Assembly: GCA_023246815.1 (NCBI GenBank)
Contig: JAHFHR010000001.1
Coordinates: 1-24,433, forward strand
Length of the DNA: 24,433 nucleotides
Source of the DNA: a bacterium
Lineage (GTDB): Bacteria > Patescibacteriota > Patescibacteriia > Buchananbacterales > UBA6539
Direction: 5' to 3'
The notes below the pieces were generated by a model that had not been told where the DNA came from, ran no database searches, and saw only the letters and a program-made list of their open reading frames with translations. Position 1 is the first letter of the stretch. Each line of letters starts with the position of its first letter. Shown piece after piece: positions 17,860 to 24,330 of this stretch. The position numbers were made by a program, and so were the translations under genes.

Positions 17860-18131
17860 ACCTTTGGCAAACAAAAAGACGTTTGCACAAAAAGCAAAAC
17901 GTCGCAAAGGTTCCCCAAGGGGAAGTACCGTTATATAATTGCGCAGCTTTGGTAGCGTAGATACTACTACCTCCAGACGTCATTTGACGACCGGCACGAA
18001 GCTGAGTTTGGCCACTTCTACTGATTTTGGCAGAAGTAGTACGTTTTTGCTTTTTGTTTTGCTGGGCCTCTTTCCCCCAAGGGGTATAAGATTTCTGTCC
18101 AGCAAAGTATACCGCTATACCAGTATACTCT
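17860..18131 (-). ncRNA. Structured cis-regulatory leader or sRNA (candidate riboswitch/attenuator)
   Basis: At least seven helices between the promoter and the MerR ATG; three G-U wobble pairs work only on the minus strand; a 16-bp long-range helix is mutually exclusive with the terminator. Confidence 0.65.
17869..17903 (-). terminator. Intrinsic terminator within the leader upstream of the MerR-type gene (attenuator)
   Basis: Minus strand GACGUUUUGC-UUUUUGU-GCAAACGUC followed by UUUUUGUUU, ending ~54 nt before the ATG. Confidence 0.65.
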
Positions 18132-18137
18132 GATATA

Positions 18138-18166
18138 AGTGTAGCACAACTAAGCCAAAAAGTCAA
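18138..18166 (-). promoter_or_regulatory. sigma70 promoter (extended -10) for the leader/MerR/giant-protein unit
   Basis: TTGACT(18166-18161), 17 bp, TG-n-TACACT(18143-18138). Confidence 0.7.
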
Positions 18167-18251
18167 TAGTTTTAGCCAAAATTTGCCTAATTTTACTTTT
18201 ATTTTCATTTTTTTGATCTTTTCCTCCATAAGTTTATTTTTAGCCCTACTT

Positions 18252-18446
18252 TTACGTCTTTGGTTTTTTCTTTATTTTGCGGCCATATACAAAAGCAATC
18301 AGATCCCGTTCGAAAATCCGATAGGTTCTTTCTCCAAGTTGGCTTACGGGCAGTTCGCCTGATTCAATCCAGCGATAGACAGTCTTAAGGCTTACACCAA
18401 GCCTTTGGGCGACTTGCTCCATTGTCAGCAGATCAAAATCTGCCAT
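18252..18446 (-). CDS. Excisionase-family (HTH_17) helix-turn-helix DNA-binding protein
   Basis: 64 aa; LLTMEQVAQRLGVSLKTVYRWIESGELP…YRIFERDL is the typical pattern. Confidence 0.85.
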   Translation of the reverse strand: MADFDLLTMEQVAQRLGVSLKTVYRWIESGELPVSQLGERTYRIFERDLIAFVYGRKIKKKPKT

Positions 18447-18502
18447 GTTGAGTCATTTTTTTAGAAAATTCCACGCGGAACATTAAGCGCTATTTTCGCT
18501 AT

Positions 18503-18532
18503 ATTATACTGAAATTATAGCCAAAATGTCTA
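18503..18532 (-). promoter_or_regulatory. sigma70 promoter for the HTH_17 gene
   Basis: TAGACA(18532-18527), 18 bp, TATAAT(18508-18503); a second TATAAT lies at 18519-18514. Confidence 0.55.
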
Positions 18533-18666
18533 CTTAAGTAAAGTGGATATCTTAAAAGACATTTAAAATAGATAAAAATAGCTATAAATACTCTCAAGTT
18601 TATTTAAGTCTTTTAATGTCTTTTTAAATTAGAATAAAATAGCTTAGAAATTAAATATTTGTTATA

Positions 18667-18695
18667 TTGGTCACTCCCTGATGGTGTGTTATACT
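18667..18695 (+). promoter_or_regulatory. Extended -10 promoter for the SxtJ/carbamoyltransferase cassette
   Basis: TTGGTC(18667-18672), 17 bp, TG-n-TATACT(18690-18695); the ATG follows 8 nt later. Confidence 0.5.
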
Positions 18696-18703
18696 GCAAC
18701 CAC

Positions 18704-18967
18704 ATGAACAGCAAAAAACAACAAAGCATGTCTTCTCTCGGGTATATTCGCGAGGCCGGTCAGGAGTATGTTCGGCTGGTCAATACAATCATCAATGGTA
18801 TGTTGTTAACCGTCGTGTATGTGGTGGGTATTGGGTTGACAGCAGTAGTGGCAAAGCTTTTTGGTAAGCATTTTTTAGAGACAAAGATTGATGACGTGAC
18901 CGTAACGTACTGGAATGATTTTGAATCCGCGGTGTCGATTAAAAAGAGCATTTATCGCCAGTTTTAA
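18704..18967 (+). CDS. SxtJ-family small membrane protein
   Basis: 87 aa; NGMLLTVVYVVGIGLTAVVAKLFGKHFL…TYW…RQF matches the SxtJ-like pattern; adjacent to a carbamoyltransferase; ATG 18704 preferred over TTG 18659. Confidence 0.75.
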   Translation: MNSKKQQSMSSLGYIREAGQEYVRLVNTIINGMLLTVVYVVGIGLTAVVAKLFGKHFLETKIDDVTVTYWNDFESAVSIKKSIYRQF

Positions 18968-19031
18968 CCTTCATCCCTAACCCCTGCCTATCGGCCCGCT
19001 ACACCGGAGCGTTAGTGAGGCGAGCACTTGT

Positions 19032-20762
19032 ATGTATATTTTAGGAATTTCTTGCTATTACCACGACGCAGCGGCAACGTTACTGAAAGATGGCGTGGTG
19101 ATAGCGGCTGCCGAAGAAGAGCGCTTCACGCGCAAAAAGCACGATAACGCTTTCCCGCTCAATGCCATTCGGTTTTGTTTAGCGCGTGAGGGCATTACTG
19201 CAAAAGATCTAGCGTTTATTGGATTTTACGAAAAACCGTTAGTAAAATTTGAGCGCCTGTTGTTCTCCTGTCTAGAAACTTTCCCTCAAAGTTTTATAGC
19301 ATTTATTTCGGCTTTGCCATCGTGGCTCACTGAAAAATTGCGGATTCAAAAAACGATTCGCAAAAAATTAAAATATAAAGGCGATATTATTTTTATTCCG
19401 CACCATCTGGCGCACGCCGCTCAGTTTTTGGTCAGTCCATTTGAACGCGCTGCGGTGGTGACTGTTGATGGCGTAGGGGAGTGGACCACGACTGCCTGGG
19501 GCATTGGTGTTGGAACAAACATCAGCTTGAAAAAAGAAATTCGTTTTCCGCATTCGCTTGGGTTATTGTATTCAACCATCACTGCCTATCTTGGTTTTTC
19601 AGTAAATGACGCGGAGTATAAAGTAATGGGCCTGTCAGCCTATGGTAACACTGATCCCGCCACTAATGAGTATTACCAAAAATTGCGACGGCTGATTGAC
19701 GTGAAGTCAGATGGCAGTTTTCGGTTAGATATGAGCTACTTTAGCTATCATTATACTGATCGAATGCCATCAAAAAAATTGCAGCAACTGTTGGGTGGTT
19801 CGACGCGCTTGCAGGATACAGAGATTACCAAGCGCCATCAAGATATTGCTGCTGCAGTCCAACTACTCTATGAAGATATATTTTTTAAAATATTGCAACA
19901 CGTTCAAAAAAGCACTGGTGAAGAAAATCTGGTGTTGTCGGGTGGCACCATTCAGAACAGTGTTGCTAATGGTAAAGTGTTTCAGCAGACTCAATTTAAA
20001 AATGTTTGGGTCTCTTCCAATGTGACCGATGGTGGCACCAGTTTGGGTGTTGCCAGTTATATTTATCATTCAGTATTAAACAACCCACGTCAGCAGGCAC
20101 TTGCTACAGCGTTCCTTGGTCCTGCTTTTTCATCTGACGCGGTCCAGCTATTTTTAGACAACCATCATATTAGCTACACTACATTCCAAGATCGTCAACA
20201 GCTGATTGACGCTGCCGTTACGTTACTACTTGATAATCAGGTCGTTGGCTGGTTTCAGGGTGCGATGGAGTTTGGTCCGCGGGCGCTGGGGGCACGTAGT
20301 ATTTTAGCTAATCCTACTAACCCTGCGATGCAAGAAGTTTTAAATAAAAAAGTAAAGCACCGAGAAGCATTTCGTCCGTTTGCGCCGGTGGTATGTACCG
20401 AAGACGCCGCGACCTATTTTGATGTTCCAATGCCGTTACCCGCGGCCGCAGATTTTATGACGATGGTGTTTCCGGTGCGTTCAGAGTGGCGCCAGCGGTT
20501 ACCCGCGATTACCCATGTTGACGGTAGTGCGCGCGTCCAAACATTGCAGCGTCAGCACCAGCCGCTGCTGTATGACGTGATCAAGGCATTTGGCGTGGCG
20601 TCTGGGGTACCAGTACTGATCAACACTTCCTTTAACGTGCGCGGTGAGCCGATTGTCTGTACTCCGGAGGATGCATATCGCTGTCTGATGGGAACCGAGA
20701 TTGATTTTTTGGTGATGGAAAATTTTTTAATAAAACGAAGTGATAACCTCCTTCATAGCTAA
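19032..20762 (+). CDS. O-carbamoyltransferase (NodU/CmcH/TobZ family)
   Basis: HDAAA, AEEERFTRKKH, HHLAHA, DGVGE, EYKVMGLSAYG, EFGPRALGARS, REAFRPFAP, HVDGSARVQT and NTSFN motifs. Confidence 0.95.
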   Translation: MYILGISCYYHDAAATLLKDGVVIAAAEEERFTRKKHDNAFPLNAIRFCLAREGITAKDLAFIGFYEKPLVKFERLLFSCLETFPQSFIAFISALPSWLTEKLRIQKTIRKKLKYKGDIIFIPHHLAHAAQFLVSPFERAAVVTVDGVGEWTTTAWGIGVGTNISLKKEIRFPHSLGLLYSTITAYLGFSVNDAEYKVMGLSAYGNTDPATNEYYQKLRRLIDVKSDGSFRLDMSYFSYHYTDRMPSKKLQQLLGGSTRLQDTEITKRHQDIAAAVQLLYEDIFFKILQHVQKSTGEENLVLSGGTIQNSVANGKVFQQTQFKNVWVSSNVTDGGTSLGVASYIYHSVLNNPRQQALATAFLGPAFSSDAVQLFLDNHHISYTTFQDRQQLIDAAVTLLLDNQVVGWFQGAMEFGPRALGARSILANPTNPAMQEVLNKKVKHREAFRPFAPVVCTEDAATYFDVPMPLPAAADFMTMVFPVRSEWRQRLPAITHVDGSARVQTLQRQHQPLLYDVIKAFGVASGVPVLINTSFNVRGEPIVCTPEDAYRCLMGTEIDFLVMENFLIKRSDNLLHS

Positions 20763-20765
20763 GAT

Positions 20766-21980
20766 ATGCGGCTACGGAACGATCTTATTTTTGTAATAAT
20801 AGGCGTTGGATTAATGCTTGCGGCATTTACTTTAAATCCGTGGATACTAGAGTATTTTTTTTCTCCTGATCGGCACCTTGATTTTATCTGGAAATACGTA
20901 TTGATCCTTTGTCTAGACAGCCTTTTGTTTATTTTTGGTTGCCTCGTGGTCTTGCCAAGACCACGGCTTTTCTTAAGCTCCTATCGGTATAAATTTTTGA
21001 CATTATGTGTTGCTCTCTTATGTGCTTTTTTAATTGCCGAGGTACTAGTAAGGATCTTGGATACACAGACTGATCTCACTATTTCTGACAACACACTTGG
21101 CACTATTCCAAACCCTGGGCTACGTCCGGAGTCGCTTGGTTTTCAAGAAACCGAACTTAACTTTGCCAATCTTGCGCAGGACAATCTTGTGTACGCTATT
21201 GGTGATTCATTTGCTTATGGATACGTAGATTACGATGACAATTATCTTACCATTGTTGATGAAAATTTTCCCGAGTATAATGTTGTTAATCTAGGAGTTT
21301 GGGGGCATCAACCTTGGCAGTATTTTGAGATGATTAAACGTTATTCAGAAATTAGAAAACCAAAGTACATCTTACTCAATTTTTTTGTTGGTAACGATTT
21401 TTATGACGTAGAGAATGTTGATTTTTATCTTCGGCAACGCCCTTATTTGTCACCACTCTTTACACTGAGTGAATTTTCGAAACTTATATCCGAGGCTAAT
21501 CAGTTTTTAGTCGCCACTATTTTGAACGAAGATTTTTTTCTACATGTTAACAGGTTGTACTTTGAAGTGAGTCGCAAGCAGTCGCTGTCACCATGGCAAC
21601 AATCTACTGACGCTTCTTTACAATCAATTGATGATATCATTACGTACACTAGTACTCGCGATATTAAATTGGTAGTTTTAATTTTGCCTTCAGAGCCACA
21701 GGTTGACATAACGTTGCGCGAAACTATGCTTAAGCGATTTTCTCTAGAGTCTCAGGATTTTGATATTGCACGACCTCAACGTATCTTAACGGAGCATCTT
21801 GCTTCTGAGGGCATTCCTTTTATTGACTTATTGCCATCATTTCAAGAGGCTGGTAAAACCGAGAGGCTCTACTTACCTAGAAATACCCACTGGAATCCGG
21901 CGGGTAATGCGTTGGCCGCTGACGTAATTACTCAACAGCTTAGGGATACTAATTTTTTCACCAATAATGTTTCGGAATAA
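20766..21980 (+). CDS. Membrane-anchored SGNH/GDSL hydrolase-family protein (AlgX/AlgJ-like)
   Basis: N-terminal TM segments; IGDSF, NLGVWG, GND and NTHWN blocks. Confidence 0.75.
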   Translation: MRLRNDLIFVIIGVGLMLAAFTLNPWILEYFFSPDRHLDFIWKYVLILCLDSLLFIFGCLVVLPRPRLFLSSYRYKFLTLCVALLCAFLIAEVLVRILDTQTDLTISDNTLGTIPNPGLRPESLGFQETELNFANLAQDNLVYAIGDSFAYGYVDYDDNYLTIVDENFPEYNVVNLGVWGHQPWQYFEMIKRYSEIRKPKYILLNFFVGNDFYDVENVDFYLRQRPYLSPLFTLSEFSKLISEANQFLVATILNEDFFLHVNRLYFEVSRKQSLSPWQQSTDASLQSIDDIITYTSTRDIKLVVLILPSEPQVDITLRETMLKRFSLESQDFDIARPQRILTEHLASEGIPFIDLLPSFQEAGKTERLYLPRNTHWNPAGNALAADVITQQLRDTNFFTNNVSE

Positions 21981-23034
21981 AAAAGTTTATATTTTTATCG
22001 GCGTATTGATTAGTTTTTTGGTATTTTTTTTCTGTTTAGTTGGGCTTGAAATACTATTACGGACTTGGCCGACGATGCTGCTGGGAAATAATTTTACAAA
22101 TGAAATACGATCAAAGTATCATGGGGGCGATGACGGTATCTATTGGTATGATTCAGCGTTGCGGATTAAAAGAATGAAACCTCACTATGAAACAACTATG
22201 TATTTTAATGAGTATGAATGGCATCACACAACTAATGCGGATGGTTTTAGAATCGCTGATGATCGTACTGATGCCGATATTGTGCTACTTGGTGATTCAC
22301 TTATTTATGGTCATGGACTCGATGACGATGAGTCCATCGGCTATCTTCTTGATGCGCAGTCACAATTAACTTCTGCGAATTTGGCACTTCAAGGTAATGG
22401 TTCGTTTGACAATTTTGTTATTTTTAATGCTTTTACCTTTAATTATCACCCGAAGTATATTTTTTATTTCTTTTTTGGTAATGATCTGACGGATTTTAGG
22501 GGACACCAAGATGTTGATGTTACCCTTAGAGAGTTAAACGATTTCGTTGCTACTCCTTTGGATGAATTTGATTTTTCGAATCTTCAGCCAAGTCCATATG
22601 TTGAACACACTGACGAATCTCGGCCACTGGCGATTGAAGTCGCAGTTAGATTTTTTGTTCACCGCGCCCTTGAGTTTTTAGGTGTGGAAGCGCCACTTGA
22701 TGGATATACTGATTTCGAGGACGAATTACTATGGGAGTATACGGAGAAAGTATTGCAGTACATGAAGTACAAAGCTGATGCCATTGATGCGGAGTTTGTA
22801 CTAGTGCCAGCGACCACATTTTATCAGTACACCAATGTTAATGATGAACAATATGAAAGACTTCATACCATTGCCGATGATTATGACATTTCTTTTATTG
22901 ATTCTCGGTCAATTGGTCGTGATTCAAAAAATTTTCTCCATCAACACTATGATGGACACTACAGTGAAGACGGTGCTCAAGTAATAGTGGATCTACTCTT
23001 GCAATTTATCGCAGATCACCCCGATGGTGTATAA
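21967..23034 (+). CDS. Membrane-anchored SGNH/GDSL hydrolase-family protein
   Basis: N-terminal TM; LGDSL, NLALQG, GND and DGHY blocks. Confidence 0.8.
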   Translation: MFRNKKVYIFIGVLISFLVFFFCLVGLEILLRTWPTMLLGNNFTNEIRSKYHGGDDGIYWYDSALRIKRMKPHYETTMYFNEYEWHHTTNADGFRIADDRTDADIVLLGDSLIYGHGLDDDESIGYLLDAQSQLTSANLALQGNGSFDNFVIFNAFTFNYHPKYIFYFFFGNDLTDFRGHQDVDVTLRELNDFVATPLDEFDFSNLQPSPYVEHTDESRPLAIEVAVRFFVHRALEFLGVEAPLDGYTDFEDELLWEYTEKVLQYMKYKADAIDAEFVLVPATTFYQYTNVNDEQYERLHTIADDYDISFIDSRSIGRDSKNFLHQHYDGHYSEDGAQVIVDLLLQFIADHPDGV

Positions 23035-23043
23035 TATAGCTAT

Positions 23044-23712
23044 ATGCAATTCGATATCATCACTATTTTCCCCGACATTTTTGACTCTTATATTAATGAG
23101 TCAATTCTTAAGCGTGCGCTACAAAAAAAATTGATCAAAATCACCAGTCATGACTTGCGAAAATTTTCTACGGCTAAAGGTATTCATAAAAGCGTTGACG
23201 ACAAACCCTACGGCGGCGGCCCGGGTATGATTTTGATGGTTGAGCCAATTGATAAAGCATTACGTGCCTTGAAGTTAAAAACAAAAAGTAAAAAATCAAA
23301 GACCCGAGTAATTATGTTAACGCCAGCTGGCCAACGCTTTACCCAACGAGAGGCTGAGCGTTTGGCAAAGTATGACAGATTGGTATTACTCTGCGGTCGC
23401 TATGAAGGATTTGATGCCCGAGTTGACGAGCTTGTTGATGAAAAAATTTCCATTGGTGATTATGTCTTGGCCGGTGGGGAACTACCAGCATTGGTGGTAG
23501 CGGAGGCAGTGGCACGCAACATTCCCGGAGTAGTGGGGCACGAGCACGCACTTGATGACGAAACATTCTCTCATGATTTAGAGTATATTGAATACCCGCA
23601 GTACTCTCGACCAGAAAATTTTAAGGGCATGACAGTGCCAGAAGTGCTTTTGTCTGGGGATCATAAAAAAATTAGTGAGTGGCGGAAAACTCAAAGTAAA
23701 AGAATAAAATAA
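23044..23712 (+). CDS. trmD: tRNA (guanine-N1)-methyltransferase
   Basis: FDIITIFP, DDKPYGGGPGM, CGRYEG, SIGDYVLAGGE, YPQYSRP and VPEVLLSGDH motifs. Confidence 0.98.
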   Translation: MQFDIITIFPDIFDSYINESILKRALQKKLIKITSHDLRKFSTAKGIHKSVDDKPYGGGPGMILMVEPIDKALRALKLKTKSKKSKTRVIMLTPAGQRFTQREAERLAKYDRLVLLCGRYEGFDARVDELVDEKISIGDYVLAGGELPALVVAEAVARNIPGVVGHEHALDDETFSHDLEYIEYPQYSRPENFKGMTVPEVLLSGDHKKISEWRKTQSKRIK

Positions 23713-23719
23713 TAACAAA

Positions 23720-23755
23720 TTAAAAAACACCACCATCATTGGCGGTGTTTTTTAA
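23720..23755. terminator. Bidirectional terminator between trmD and the convergent small ORF
   Basis: TTAAAAAACACC/GGTGTTTTTTAA 12-bp stem plus an inner stem; the inner A-C mismatch becomes G-U on the minus strand. Confidence 0.85.
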
Positions 23756-23756
23756 C

Positions 23757-23822
23757 TCACCTGAAACACCAAACAAAGTTTACTGTTTCAGGTGAATGGC
23801 GGAAAGTATAATACTTTCCGCC
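23757..23822. repeat. Two further adjacent perfect 12-bp inverted repeats
   Basis: TCACCTGAAACA(23757-23768)/TGTTTCAGGTGA(23784-23795) and GGCGGAAAGTAT(23798-23809)-A-ATACTTTCCGCC(23811-23822). Confidence 0.9.
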
Positions 23823-23841
23823 GGTTGTGTTGCGTAGATAC

Positions 23842-24003
23842 CTAGCGAGCGTTGATGGCCTGAGCCAACAACCTGCCGGCATCTCCGGCGTCGGTGCAGA
23901 CGAAGGTCTGCTGACCGATGTGAATTGAGCACACTGGTTTGGTGACAGGTGCTGTCACCAGTTTTTTACCGGACTCGGTGAAAAAGTACGCTTGCGTTTT
24001 CAT
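23842..24003 (-). CDS. Small hypothetical protein (53 aa, MKTQAYF…AINAR)
   Basis: AAGGAG Shine-Dalgarno (24016-24011) 7 nt before ATG 24003; own strong promoter upstream and terminator downstream; no recognisable family. Confidence 0.6.
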   Translation of the reverse strand: MKTQAYFFTESGKKLVTAPVTKPVCSIHIGQQTFVCTDAGDAGRLLAQAINAR

Positions 24004-24122
24004 GCTGCTTCTCCTTAGTTGATTTTTGTCTAGCTGGATGCAACTCATGCTTTTATTTACATAAGCCGCTTCTTAGCTAGACAAAATACTTGGATAGAAG
24101 CAAATTGACTTTAAAGATCAAT

Positions 24123-24156
24123 ATATAATGATAACATGCTTCATTATATTTGTCAA
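24123..24156 (-). promoter_or_regulatory. Strong sigma70 promoter with overlapping palindromic operator
   Basis: TTGACA(24156-24151), 17 bp, TG-n-TATCAT(24133-24128); 9-bp inverted repeat ATATAATGA(24123-24131)/TCATTATAT(24141-24149) overlaps the -10 and spacer. Confidence 0.7.
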
Positions 24157-24301
24157 GTATTTAGTCCTTATTTTACTATTTTTTAGCTAAAATAAGATAA
24201 TTTTATCCAGTAGAGCTAATAAGCTGGTAAGCGGTATAGTACCTGATTTTGGTTGCTTTACCTGCTTACTTTGCTCCATGAGCTTACTAGTTGTCACGAA
24301 C

Positions 24302-24330
24302 TTGACAATGACTTTGAAAGGGTGTAGACT
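24302..24330 (+). promoter_or_regulatory. sigma70 promoter for a gene beyond the window
   Basis: TTGACA(24302-24307), 17 bp, TAGACT(24325-24330). Confidence 0.7.

Noticed and set aside
17815-17907. N-terminal extension of the MerR ORF from TTG 17907 (likewise 18659, 8895, 24048)
   Set aside because: The extensions run through terminator, promoter or leader sequence; the downstream ATGs match family starts or have better RBS context.
17866-17910. c-di-GMP-I-like words GGCAAAC…GCAAAG on the plus strand
   Set aside because: Antisense to the downstream gene, lacks the GNRA-capped P2 and P3 elements, and is explained by the minus-strand terminator.
11918-18446. Prophage or integrative element (tail fibre plus excisionase)
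   Set aside because: The fibre has a signal-peptide-like N-terminus; no integrase, terminase, capsid or att-like repeat is visible in the window.
18968-19031. Spacer as a hidden SxtK/DUF5989 gene or RNA element
   Set aside because: Only 64 bp, too short for the ~50-aa protein, and only weak pairing.
18704-23034. Saxitoxin biosynthesis
   Set aside because: Only the widespread carbamoyltransferase/SxtJ/SGNH module is present; no sxtA, sxtG or other core genes.
163-23566. The many 60-140 aa ORFs nested in or antisense to the main genes
   Set aside because: They overlap well-supported CDSs and lack motifs or RBS; the similar antisense peptides at 13953-16490 simply mirror the fibre repeats.
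23720-23822. Adjacent hairpins as a mini-CRISPR, REP array or tRNA
   Set aside because: The stems have unrelated sequences; no cloverleaf, T-loop consensus or CCA end.
24004-24011. SRP RNA-like GAAGCAGC on the minus strand
   Set aside because: The preceding CAGG…GGAA helix-8 sequence is absent; it is the SD-to-start spacer of the small ORF.
24160-24300. AT-rich spacer as an origin or RNA gene
   Set aside because: No TTATCCACA-type DnaA boxes and only short AT-rich stems; adequately explained as the region between divergent promoters.
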